This document shows positions 8,558 to 16,947 of a stretch of 20,000 bases of DNA, piece after piece. Position 1 is the first letter of the stretch. Every line of letters begins with the position of its first letter. The stretch is from an uncultured virus (IMG/VR IMGVR_UViG_3300000116_000008). Its lineage: Duplodnaviria; Heunggongvirae; Uroviricota; Caudoviricetes. The stretch lies in the IMG/VR virus record IMGVR_UViG_3300000116_000008; one strand, written 5' to 3'. The translations under genes were made by a program, and so were the position numbers. The notes below the pieces were generated by a model that did no database searches, was not told the origin of the DNA, and was given only the letters and a program-made list of their open reading frames with translations.

Positions 8558-9220
8558 ATGCCTAATTGGTGCGAAAATTATTTAAGACTAGAAGTTCCTA
8601 ATAAAGAGGAAGCAGATAAACTTGCCGCTGTTTTAGAGAGTAGTGACGAAGATAGTGTTGGCTTATTAGGTTATTTAATGCCTGAACCTAATTATGACGA
8701 TCAAGAATTTAAAGAACAGAGTGCTATTTTTCCAAACTGGTATGAATGGAGAGTTCACAACTGGGGAACTAAATGGGACGTTGATGTGCAGGATTGGAAT
8801 AAAGTTGAAAATAGTGACGGTACTTGTACCTTTGATATGAATTTTGACTCTGCTTGGGCTCCGCCGACTGGNGTATATGACTCTGTAGCTCAGAAAGAAA
8901 ACTGGAAAGTATTCGCTACGTTTATTGAAGGAGGTTGTGCTTTTCTTGGTTATTTTGANGACAATAATGCTTATCAATATGACTGCGATAAAAGAGACAC
9001 TACTAATGCTCCTTCCTGGTTGGTTGATGACTATGCTTGGTACTATGACCAACTAGACGAGTGGGAACAAGAGGAAGATGTTGAGAGTATCAATGCAGGA
9101 ACTATGACTGAAGACCAGTTTCTTGAAAAATGGGGAGTAGATACCTACAATATATATAAAGAGTCTATGAACCCAAATACTGATGAACCTGAAAAGAAAG
9201 ATTGGAGTACTGATGCTTAA
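8558..9220 (+). CDS. DUF1281/YubB ferredoxin-like domain protein
   Basis: [27 protein letters not shown] signature; promoter TTGCTA-17-TATTAT at 8499-8527. Confidence 0.85.
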   Translation: MPNWCENYLRLEVPNKEEADKLAAVLESSDEDSVGLLGYLMPEPNYDDQEFKEQSAIFPNWYEWRVHNWGTKWDVDVQDWNKVENSDGTCTFDMNFDSAWAPPTXVYDSVAQKENWKVFATFIEGGCAFLGYFXDNNAYQYDCDKRDTTNAPSWLVDDYAWYYDQLDEWEQEEDVESINAGTMTEDQFLEKWGVDTYNIYKESMNPNTDEPEKKDWSTDA

Positions 9221-9398
9221 AAAACTACTGCAAAAGTACATATTTAAAAAAACAGCAAATAAACCAGACGATAATCCTGGTTGGGATAGGGTCTTAGACC
9301 CTAATAGAAAATTTAGTACTCCTAACCAGCAATGGGAAAAAGCAATGAAAGCTTCTATCAACAAAACTGAACTTTTAGAAAGGTTAAAAAATGGCTAA
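9213..9398 (+). CDS. Hypothetical protein
   Basis: GGAG RBS before MLKK. Confidence 0.55.
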   Translation: MLKKLLQKYIFKKTANKPDDNPGWDRVLDPNRKFSTPNQQWEKAMKASINKTELLERLKNG

Positions 9399-9594
9399 AA
9401 AAGACTTTGGACAAGTAGTCGGAAAATGTGAAATATGCACTATTAATTGCTGGGATTCTACCGACAGTAAACCAGCAATTTGGCCTTGTAATATAAAGGG
9501 TTGTCCCTATGAGAGTGGAACCTCCCAAAATAGATTAAGTAATATTCCTTTCCAAAGTCCTACTGGCTCTGGTATAGGACAGATAGAGATGTAA
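9391..9594 (+). CDS. Small Cys-rich hypothetical protein
   Basis: CxxC and C....CP motifs. Confidence 0.6.
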   Translation: MAKKDFGQVVGKCEICTINCWDSTDSKPAIWPCNIKGCPYESGTSQNRLSNIPFQSPTGSGIGQIEM

Positions 9595-9888
9595 ATGTCA
9601 GATAGTATTTTTATAGAACAAAGAGAGTATCATTCGACCACACACTATATTAATAGAGAAATCTCTAAAGAAGAGATTATCAAAGAATTTGGTGATATAG
9701 ATACCTTTAAAAAAGGATTACTTGAATATCAACACGAGGACTATGATGAAGAGTTGAATGATAAAGTACACGATTTTTTAAGTGAATTTGACTATGACAG
9801 ACATGTTGACGAATGGTCCATGCGTAAAGGTGGGTATGACGTTGAGATAGAGGTTGTAGATAAATTTACAATGACGGAAGATAGATAA
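9595..9888 (+). CDS. Acidic hypothetical phage protein
   Basis: Abuts upstream stop; W..RKGGYDV motif. Confidence 0.7.
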   Translation: MSDSIFIEQREYHSTTHYINREISKEEIIKEFGDIDTFKKGLLEYQHEDYDEELNDKVHDFLSEFDYDRHVDEWSMRKGGYDVEIEVVDKFTMTEDR

Positions 9889-9906
9889 AAGTAAAGGAGA
9901 GGTATA

Positions 9907-10059
9907 TTGACTGAAGATTATACTGAATACGGCTATAGAGGTCTTGAAGAATTAAAACAAGCTCATCAAGAAATTGAGTTACTTAAAAAGCAAATCGCTG
10001 AAGAGATAAAAGAAAAATATATCTTATATAAACGTATAAAAGAACTAACTGAAGAATAA
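9907..10059 (+). CDS. Small coiled-coil protein (50 aa)
   Basis: GGAGAGGT RBS, TTG start; ...LYKRIKELTEE*. Confidence 0.55.
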   Translation: MTEDYTEYGYRGLEELKQAHQEIELLKKQIAEEIKEKYILYKRIKELTEE

Positions 10060-10093
10060 AAGTACCTAATTAAATAATCCACCATCGATACAC

Positions 10094-10123
10094 AAAAAAG
10101 TCGCTCATGCGGCTTTTTTATTA
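10094..10123. terminator. Bidirectional-looking intrinsic terminator
   Basis: AAAAAAGTCGC-TCAT-GCGGCTTTTTT. Confidence 0.75.
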
Positions 10124-10290
10124 TAAAAAACCCAAAGTTGCTAATCAAAGTTGTCCATATAAAACAAATTATATTTGGTGAAACAGTCATTGGTCTTTCT
10201 CTTAATAATTGCCTATTAATACTTTTTTTAGTAATATTGATTATTAACAGATTAGACTATCAACTGCATGATGAGCGAAAGGATTTTTTT

Positions 10291-10452
10291 ATGCAAATTT
10301 TAAAGTTTTTTACACTTAAAGTGTACGACGGTAAGGGAAGGTATCACATATGTTCCCTCCGAGAAAGAATTAAATGGCTTTTACAGGGACGCCCTTTGAG
10401 AAGTAAAAAGGTTGTAGACAGAGCGATTAAAATAGCACATAATAATAGATAA
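10291..10452 (+). CDS. Small basic hypothetical protein
   Basis: AAGGA RBS, ATG 10291, upstream promoter TTGCCT-17-TAATAT. Confidence 0.45.
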   Translation: MQILKFFTLKVYDGKGRYHICSLRERIKWLLQGRPLRSKKVVDRAIKIAHNNR

Positions 10453-10483
10453 TAACAATTAAATATTTATGAGGGCAAGCAAA

Positions 10484-10645
10484 ATGGATCACAGAGATTT
10501 CGCAATTGAACTAACAGAGAATATGGGTTTCTCAGCAAAGGATATGCTGGTAGCTTGTCTAAAGTATATGTCGCAGGACGATGTAAAAGATATGTTACAT
10601 TGTAACGAATATCCAACTAGCACAGAAGAGGCAAACCATGTTTAA
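10484..10645 (+). CDS. Small hypothetical phage protein (53 aa)
   Basis: GAGGG RBS; ACLKYMS.DDV.DML motif. Confidence 0.6.
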   Translation: MDHRDFAIELTENMGFSAKDMLVACLKYMSQDDVKDMLHCNEYPTSTEEANHV

Positions 10646-10767
10646 AATACTAAAGAAATTTCACGACCCAAACTATGTTATTATAACACCTTGTGTACTG
10701 TTATACACTTATGGTGCTTATGTATTTATTATAGATATTTTTTCCTAAAGGACTTCGTAAATATTAT

Positions 10768-11931
10768 ATGAAAAAAATAATCACAACAAGTCCTCCACCA
10801 TACCCTGTGTTTAAGTCTGAACATATTCAGAAACTTGCTTACAGTATTTATGAAGATAAAAGATCAGTTGATTCTTATTATTTTAATGGTGAGACAGACT
10901 TTGAAAAAGAACTAATTAATTATTTAGGTACAAAACATTGCTTTGTTACTAACTCAGGACATGCTTCTATTTATATTGCCTTAATGGCTGCTGGAGTTGG
11001 TCCAGGCGACGAAGTAATTACTACATCTATATCTTGGGGACAAAGTTTATCTCCAATACTACAACTAGGAGCAATTCCAGTTATGTTAGATATTGATGAA
11101 TCTTTCCAATTAAACTACTTTCATTTAAGTTCTGCTATTACAGATAAAACTAAAGCCGTACTTGTTGTAAATCTTTATGGTGCTAGCGCTAATTTAGATA
11201 AAATTAGAAGTGTTTGTGATGCTCACAAGTTAATTATGATTGAAGATGCTGCTCAAAGCATGGGATTAAAATATAAAAATAAGTATACAGCTACTTGGGG
11301 TCATATAGGTGCTTTAAGTTTTAATTCGGGAAAACTTCTTCCTATCGGCGGAGCAGGTGCAATTGTTACTGACTCTGATGATCTTTGGCACAAGATTTTA
11401 TACTATGGATCAAAGGCTGCACATAAAAGAAAAGGTTTAGTTGGTACTGATTATGAATGTGATGGCATGGATTATACGTTTTTATGTCACCCCTTACTTC
11501 AAGAAATGGGTAGAATTCAACTTCGACAACTATCTAAAATGAACAAAAACAGGAGGGCTAATATTGCTCTTCTACGTAGTTTAATCGACACTACACACTT
11601 TGATTTACAACATATACCTGAGGGATCAGATACTCCTGCGTATATATTTTCTTTTGTGAATAAAACAAAACTTAAGATCGATCAGTTAATAAAACTATTC
11701 AAACAGGTGGGCTTACCTATGTTTAGGTACAATCCGTTTCCACTTTCAAACATTCCTGGTTATACAAGATTTACCAATTACAGATATAGTATGTGCACTA
11801 ACGCTGAGAGACTATCTAAAAATGAACTTTGTATCACGAGTTATAAGTGGTATACTGAAGATACTGATTATATTGAACAGTACGCTAAAGCAATTAACTA
11901 TATTTCTGATGAGGTAAGTAAGAATGTTTGA
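10768..11931 (+). CDS. DegT/DnrJ/EryC1/StrS family PLP-dependent aminotransferase
   Basis: NSG..S, GVGPGDEVIT, GAIPV..DI, VNLYG, IEDAAQS.G, SFNSGK (PLP lysine), GGAG. Confidence 0.92.
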   Translation: MKKIITTSPPPYPVFKSEHIQKLAYSIYEDKRSVDSYYFNGETDFEKELINYLGTKHCFVTNSGHASIYIALMAAGVGPGDEVITTSISWGQSLSPILQLGAIPVMLDIDESFQLNYFHLSSAITDKTKAVLVVNLYGASANLDKIRSVCDAHKLIMIEDAAQSMGLKYKNKYTATWGHIGALSFNSGKLLPIGGAGAIVTDSDDLWHKILYYGSKAAHKRKGLVGTDYECDGMDYTFLCHPLLQEMGRIQLRQLSKMNKNRRANIALLRSLIDTTHFDLQHIPEGSDTPAYIFSFVNKTKLKIDQLIKLFKQVGLPMFRYNPFPLSNIPGYTRFTNYRYSMCTNAERLSKNELCITSYKWYTEDTDYIEQYAKAINYISDEVSKNV

Positions 11932-12739
11932 ATTTTTTGATAAAAGACCTGCTGACATCAATAAACAAATAATTGATAGCTGGGAGGAGTCTAAACTCCA
12001 TCTTGATGCATTCTCTACTGATGAGATAAATCAATTGATTAAAATATTCAAAACTGCACCTAAAACAAATAATATGACCAAACAGAATAAAATGTTTGAT
12101 GATTTTTTAAATAGTGAAAGCGTTGATAAAACTATAACCCCAGGTTCAAGATTTGGACAAGGATCTGGAGCCTGCTCTGCTCCTGTGTGTTGGGACGAAG
12201 GTAGTAAAGAGATATTAGATCCTGTACTTAGAAGATATATTGGCGATTATAAAATAGTTGGTGGAACTTTTAACATTACTATGAATCCTTATCGATTACA
12301 TACTGATAGTGGCAGATTGAAAGAAACTAAAATCCACAAACAAATCATTATACCACTACACTGGGATAAGTCTCTTGATATATACAGTATACTATATGAT
12401 CAAAGATGGACAGGGTGCCAGGCTAGATTTCAACGAGGTATACCTACTACATCTGAAGAAAAATTTACTACATCTACTCACATGACTATAACTGACTATG
12501 AGAATAGTGAGATTCATAATTTAACTAATGCTTCGTTTGACAAGCGAATGTATGAGAGCCTTGTATCTCATATCAACTATGAGAGTTTGTGGGGATTTAG
12601 TGTAGAACTAGCTGCTAAATGGACTCCAAGATCCTTAATCGCTTATGATAGAAGTGTTATTCATAGTTCTTGTCATTTTGCTAGTAGTAAACTAAAAACT
12701 AAACTATTTATTACTTTAGTCACAGAACAAGCTGATTAA
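11924..12739 (+). CDS. Putative 2OG-Fe(II) oxygenase-fold protein
   Basis: LHTD (HxD), IIIPL, D...IHSS and K.FI pattern of a DSBH fold. Confidence 0.55.
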   Translation: MFEFFDKRPADINKQIIDSWEESKLHLDAFSTDEINQLIKIFKTAPKTNNMTKQNKMFDDFLNSESVDKTITPGSRFGQGSGACSAPVCWDEGSKEILDPVLRRYIGDYKIVGGTFNITMNPYRLHTDSGRLKETKIHKQIIIPLHWDKSLDIYSILYDQRWTGCQARFQRGIPTTSEEKFTTSTHMTITDYENSEIHNLTNASFDKRMYESLVSHINYESLWGFSVELAAKWTPRSLIAYDRSVIHSSCHFASSKLKTKLFITLVTEQAD

Positions 12740-12803
12740 TGCCATCATTATATTAAAATTTAATTTTTATGGCGGGGTAATTCGTAAAACTACCACTTTT
12801 CGA

Positions 12804-12832
12804 TTGCCCAAAGGCTAATTTTTTTATATTAT
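12804..12832 (+). promoter_or_regulatory. Sigma70-like promoter driving the non-coding region
   Basis: TTGCCC-17 nt-TATTAT, same type as other phage promoters here; no ORF downstream. Confidence 0.7.
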
Positions 12833-12838
12833 ATATTT

Positions 12839-13310
12839 ATAAAGATTGAAAGAGGCATCATCCTCTGGGCAACAGGGTTAGGTGGTAACGCCAAACGAGT
12901 TTGCGAAGTGTAAAACCAGGTAAATGATCCAACGGAGTCACGGAACGCGTCTCAGCCATCTCTCAACTTTATTGGGAAGTTGCACCCATTAATGCAATAG
13001 CAATCAGCTGAACGAGAGCTTAGAAATGGGCTTCAGTCGAGCCAAGTTATGGATGCGTAAGAGATACCGATGGGCGTTCCTCGAGGGGTCAGGGAGACAT
13101 CGTTAAAAACTCCCCCTTATTCTGTTGTTTCGGTAGGGATAACCAACTTAAAAAAACCCACCACAAAGAACACGGGTCAACCGATTGCCATAAGCTGAAC
13201 AGGAGTCAGGCGAGTACGCGGGATGTAAGATGACAGTAAGTTCACTTTCACGCTTAGCCACCTTTTGAAAATTTTACTCACGAAGATGCTTCGCACGATT
13301 GACCCCCATT
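12839..13310 (+). ncRNA. Putative structured ncRNA(s), three closed domains, unknown family
   Basis: Promoter-driven, no ORF, GC-enriched; closing helices 12839-44/12967-72, 12977-82/13144-49, 13174-80/13299-305; ends in T-tract. Confidence 0.65.
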
Positions 13311-13316
13311 TTTTGA

Positions 13317-13345
13317 TTGCTAACAGGTTTATTTTTTCGTATTAT
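13317..13345 (+). promoter_or_regulatory. Sigma70-like promoter
   Basis: TTGCTA-17-TATTAT. Confidence 0.7.
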
Positions 13346-13420
13346 ATTTATATAAGATAACAAGAGGGAAGGAAAATGCCTCACAACTATTTTCCAACTG
13401 ACTTTTTAAGAGGTGAATAT

Positions 13421-13738
13421 ATGTCAGCTACTACCCAGAAATCAGCGAATTATACTGCTGATATGGTCAATCAAATGACCGAAATGTATAATGAATTAGG
13501 CAATGATGGCATAGACCAGATTGCTGACACTCTCGGCAAGTCCGTAAGGTCTGTCAGAAGTAAACTCGTTCGCGAGGGTGTTTATGTAGCTAGTCCTAAG
13601 AAGACTGCTTCAAAACTAGAGGGTCCTTCTAAAAAAGAGATTCTCAGAGATATCGAGTCTAACGGCTTTGATGTGTCAGGTTTTGAGGGCGCCACGAAAG
13701 CGGCACTCACTAGATTAATGGGTGTAGTAGCTAACTAG
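13421..13738 (+). CDS. T5 A2/D3-like DNA-binding protein
   Basis: NY..E...M...Y, IA..LGKSVRSVRSKL.REGVY, LE.ATK..L pattern resembling T5 A2 (SVRSKL); GAGGTG RBS before ATG 13421. Confidence 0.7.
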   Translation: MSATTQKSANYTADMVNQMTEMYNELGNDGIDQIADTLGKSVRSVRSKLVREGVYVASPKKTASKLEGPSKKEILRDIESNGFDVSGFEGATKAALTRLMGVVAN

Positions 13739-13739
13739 C

Positions 13740-14490
13740 TACTCGCCAAGAGTTTCAGGAGGTGGAACTTATTAGCTCCACCTACTACTGCCATCTTCAC
13801 GATTATTTTATAATCGCATAGGGACGTCTAATAAGAGGAAGTGGCAACCTACCCATAGAGGTAAGAGCTATGGGGTGTTTAAGTACGCGACTTGACACAG
13901 TTGATTCTAGGGGACGGGTTCTCTGAAAACTAGAATCCATGCAGAGGAAAGCTGCGATGACAAATAAAACCCTGTGGTGACTTACACATTCCCAAAGTCG
14001 ATTGTCGGTTAGGCGCTAAGATTTCTAAATCCGACACACTGGCACCCTAAGGTCCCGCAGGTAACGAAAGTTCGTGGACCTAGGTAGTGCCAAAACTGAC
14101 TAGTCGCATGAGGCTATTCAGTAAGTTGAATAGGGGAGACACTGTCAAGTCTTCGGATAAGCACAGAGCCCTATTCATTAAACTCCGACCCTCGACACAA
14201 ACTATATGTTTGATGCTGGTAAGAACTGGAGTTGGGTAAAAGGCGATAGGCATTACGGTTACCTGCTCTGTCCTCTAACAGTCACTGTAAGAGAACATCA
14301 AAACGGACTTGTAATCGCCTTTTTACTTTCAGAGCTTGTCGTAGGCTCTTCTTCTGCAGAGGCGAAACTACGAGTCGGGAAGGGATTAATACAATGCGTA
14401 CCCTTAGTGAGTAGGCGAGGTTGGCGGCAACTCACAACATATTTTACTTTAAAGTTCAAGAAAGGAGCAGCGACGGTTGTTCCTTTCTTG
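13740..14490 (+). ncRNA. Putative large, multi-pseudoknotted ncRNA (~750 nt), unknown family
   Basis: More than 12 local hairpins plus several 7-9 bp long-range complementarities; GC-enriched; no credible ORF; ends at a strong hairpin. Confidence 0.75.
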
Positions 14491-14496
14491 CGTTTT
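14457..14496 (+). terminator. Terminal 15-bp hairpin, probable terminator
   Basis: CAAGAAAGGAGCAGC-GACG-GTTGTTCCTTTCTTG then CGTTTT; overlaps promoter TTGCGT-17-TATTAT (14488-14516). Confidence 0.65.
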
Positions 14497-14546
14497 AGCC
14501 TATTTTTTGATATTATATATACATAATTAAAAAAGGAGCAAAATGT

Positions 14547-15068
14547 ATGACAAACCAAGTATCACGAGATTATGAACCTCTTACTAGTTTAGCACAAAGA
14601 AACACTGAGGATTTAACAGTTGTTCTTGAAAATGAGCCTATCACAACACCTTATAGACGTTCCCAATTACCACAATGGACAATCAGAGATATAATTAAGT
14701 ATGATTATACTTATTACTTTGGGATAGCACTATGCTCAAGTTTAAAACCTACTCAACTTCAAGAAGAGTATGAAGAGTTTAGGACTCTACGTAAGATTCA
14801 TGAGTTAAAGCATGGAGTATTTGACCCTATTATAGTAGACTGTGATTACTTTATTATCTGCGGACACCACAGACATAAAGCGATAAAAGAGCATTATTCA
14901 TATAGCTATCGAACACCTATTATCTGTTTAGAAGGAGTTACCCATGGTTTGGTAACAAGCTTCTACGAGAGTTGTCAATTACATCTTCAAGGTCAACTAG
15001 ATGAGCAAGCAAGAGCAATTGAAGAGTATGATTATGGAAAACTACAAGCTGGAAAGGAAATATTATGA
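14547..15068 (+). CDS. ParB/sulfiredoxin-like N-terminal domain protein
   Basis: LKPTQ, PIIVD....ICGHHR..A motif; AAGGAG RBS. Confidence 0.7.
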   Translation: MTNQVSRDYEPLTSLAQRNTEDLTVVLENEPITTPYRRSQLPQWTIRDIIKYDYTYYFGIALCSSLKPTQLQEEYEEFRTLRKIHELKHGVFDPIIVDCDYFIICGHHRHKAIKEHYSYSYRTPIICLEGVTHGLVTSFYESCQLHLQGQLDEQARAIEEYDYGKLQAGKEIL

Positions 15069-15517
15069 TTTATTTTGCATCTGACCACGGAGGTTATAAG
15101 TTAAAAGAACGACTATTTATGAGACTATCTAAGGAAGGTTATTCAACCTATGATTTAGGTTGTGCAGGTACTCAAATTTCGTGTGATTATCCACTGTTTG
15201 CACAACGCTGTGCTAATGCTATGATCGAGGAGGGCGAAGGATTCGATCCAAATTCATTTGGTGTGCTAATTTGTGGAACTGGAATTGGTATTTCTATGGC
15301 TGCTAATCGTTATAGTCATATTAGAGCTGCTCTTTGTTTAAATCTTACTTATGCTCGACTAGCTCGTGAACACAATAATGCAAATGTACTTTGTTTGCCA
15401 GGTCGCTTTATGGAGTTTGAAGATGCCTACGCAATCTTACACACCTTTTTAAGTACTCAACCTTCTAAAGAAGCTAGACACGCAAGACGATTGGAGCTGA
15501 TGAATGCAATCAACTAA
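15065..15517 (+). CDS. rpiB: Ribose-5-phosphate isomerase B (RpiB/LacA/LacB family)
   Basis: SDHGG, DYP, ICGTGIG.SMAANR, IRAA, AREHNNANVL, RH.RR. Confidence 0.92.
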   Translation: MIYFASDHGGYKLKERLFMRLSKEGYSTYDLGCAGTQISCDYPLFAQRCANAMIEEGEGFDPNSFGVLICGTGIGISMAANRYSHIRAALCLNLTYARLAREHNNANVLCLPGRFMEFEDAYAILHTFLSTQPSKEARHARRLELMNAIN

Positions 15518-15707
15518 TATCTGTGACTCCTGTCAGAGTGAGACTATCGACTCTGAACTATACTGGAATGAAGATTGCTCTCCACTGTGTGAGGACTATA
15601 CAATGCCCTCAAAGTGGGACGCAGTTTGTGCATCTTGCTTTGCAAAAGCACTTTCTGAGGGGTTAATCACTTGGAAAAATGCAGTTGAGCTTGCCAAAAA
15701 CAAATAA
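15504..15707 (+). CDS. Small Zn-finger-like protein
   Basis: Two CxxC pairs. Confidence 0.55.
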   Translation: MQSTNICDSCQSETIDSELYWNEDCSPLCEDYTMPSKWDAVCASCFAKALSEGLITWKNAVELAKNK

Positions 15708-15750
15708 TTTTGATATTATAAATAATAATCAGAAAAAGGAGCAACCAAAC

Positions 15751-15936
15751 ATGAACGACCCATTTGAGCCACTTAGACTTGCTACTGACCACTATAACAT
15801 CTCAAGAGATGAGTTTGTAGCCAAAATTGATGCAGTGTGGAGCACTAATTCTGTCTTCTACACTCAAGCACTAGCACACTATGACCAAATCCAAAAGGAC
15901 ATGGCAGAATATACGAGGTATGCCAATGCAATATAA
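15751..15936 (+). CDS. Hypothetical protein
   Basis: Promoter TTGCCA-17-TATTAT (15691-15719), AAGGAG RBS, ATG 15751. Confidence 0.6.
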   Translation: MNDPFEPLRLATDHYNISRDEFVAKIDAVWSTNSVFYTQALAHYDQIQKDMAEYTRYANAI

Positions 15937-16189
15937 TAGAATGACAGATGCAGCTATCTTAAAAGCACACCCAAATACGCAGTATGCATTTCAGCAGTGG
16001 AAAGCACGTGTTGACAAGATATGTGTTAAAGCATTTATGATGCCTTCTTCTTGCCTACCTGATGCAGGTTGGAGATGTAGCTTTGAATCCTCACTTACTC
16101 CACGAGAAGCAGTTGAATCTGCAGTTGAATTTTGTTGGAGATATGAGCCAGGCGTCCAAGATTGCTGGTATGGAGATGTGACTCAATGA
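15920..16189 (+). CDS. Hypothetical phage protein
   Basis: GAGG RBS; F..W...VD....LPD..WR..F...TP..A motif. Confidence 0.6.
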   Translation: MPMQYNRMTDAAILKAHPNTQYAFQQWKARVDKICVKAFMMPSSCLPDAGWRCSFESSLTPREAVESAVEFCWRYEPGVQDCWYGDVTQ

Positions 16190-16515
16190 CAATTATTAAT
16201 TTATCAGACTGGAAACGTAAAGGCAAACGAGAAAGCATACAAGCACAGATTGACAATCCACAAGAGGACAACGATGAGGTAATGTGCTCCTTTACCTTAG
16301 AAGAGAGTGAAGACGAATTTGAATTCACACTCGAGACAGAACCGTACCCACTACCTGTTGCCCAGAGAACACTTTTTGGTTGGAGTGTCCAGATTTGGGA
16401 CTTTCATCAACAGCAGTGGGTACATCTGCCAGACTACTTTACTACTGAGACAGAAGCACTAGATCTAGGAGAGGCAATTATGAGGGAGAGCGACAATGCA
16501 GCATTTTTCGAATAA
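16186..16515 (+). CDS. Hypothetical protein
   Basis: GGAG RBS, ATGA overlap. Confidence 0.6.
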   Translation: MTIINLSDWKRKGKRESIQAQIDNPQEDNDEVMCSFTLEESEDEFEFTLETEPYPLPVAQRTLFGWSVQIWDFHQQQWVHLPDYFTTETEALDLGEAIMRESDNAAFFE

Positions 16516-16666
16516 TGCTGAAATGAATCTACTTACTGTCAGACTTGACTCCGTTCATGATTGCCTCAGCCGTTGTGCTGAAGGATCGTGGTCACACACA
16601 TATTGGAGCGGTGTGCTATTTGCTCTAGTCAGACAACTTTCGCGTATACAGATCACACGCCACTAG
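16496..16666 (+). CDS. Small hypothetical protein (56 aa)
   Basis: GGGAG RBS; fills the gap; SW..TYW..V...L.R motif. Confidence 0.55.
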   Translation: MQHFSNNAEMNLLTVRLDSVHDCLSRCAEGSWSHTYWSGVLFALVRQLSRIQITRH

Positions 16667-16674
16667 GAGAAGAG

Positions 16675-16947
16675 ATGACCTCTCTATTTTATTTAACTGT
16701 AGCATTTGTAATGTCTAACCCAGCAGCGTTAGATAGACCACTATACATTTACTACAGCCCAACATTTGAAAGCAAAGCGAGTTGCTATGGCTATGCACGT
16801 GCTAACGCCACAGCAATATTTCGTAATGCAGTTTCACGTATGAGAAGCGCAGTTCCTCTACAACCTGAGACTATCTATTGTCTTAGTACAGAAGAGATAC
16901 AGAACATCTACACGTACTCACAAAATCTACATAAAAAGGAAATATAA
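16675..16947 (+). CDS. Hypothetical protein with N-terminal hydrophobic segment
   Basis: AGGAG RBS before ATG 16675. Confidence 0.6.
   Translation: MTSLFYLTVAFVMSNPAALDRPLYIYYSPTFESKASCYGYARANATAIFRNAVSRMRSAVPLQPETIYCLSTEEIQNIYTYSQNLHKKEI

Noticed and set aside
8872..8959. X residues in the DUF1281 ORF as recoding or pseudogenisation
   Set aside because: Caused by ambiguous N base calls; the frame is intact
326..10190. Minus-strand ORFs (326-532, 3909-4091, 4380-4586, 8675-9052, 9053-9364, 9966-10190)
   Set aside because: Antisense shadows of well-supported + strand genes
12860..13035. HDV-like (CTGGGCAACA) or hammerhead (CTGAACGA...GAAA) ribozyme cores
   Set aside because: Required helices and spacing could not be built by eye
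13941..13975. RNase P RNA (GAGGAAAG resembles CR-I)
   Set aside because: Not followed by TCC and no matching CR-V near the 3' end; a cmscan would settle it
12839..14490. tmRNA, tRNA cluster or group I/II intron
   Set aside because: No GTTCRA T-arms or CCA ends, no interrupted gene, no recognisable P7 or domain V
14206..14558. ORFs 14206-14526 (+) and 14298-14558 (-)
   Set aside because: No RBS, atypical composition, run through strong hairpins and a promoter; better explained as ncRNA
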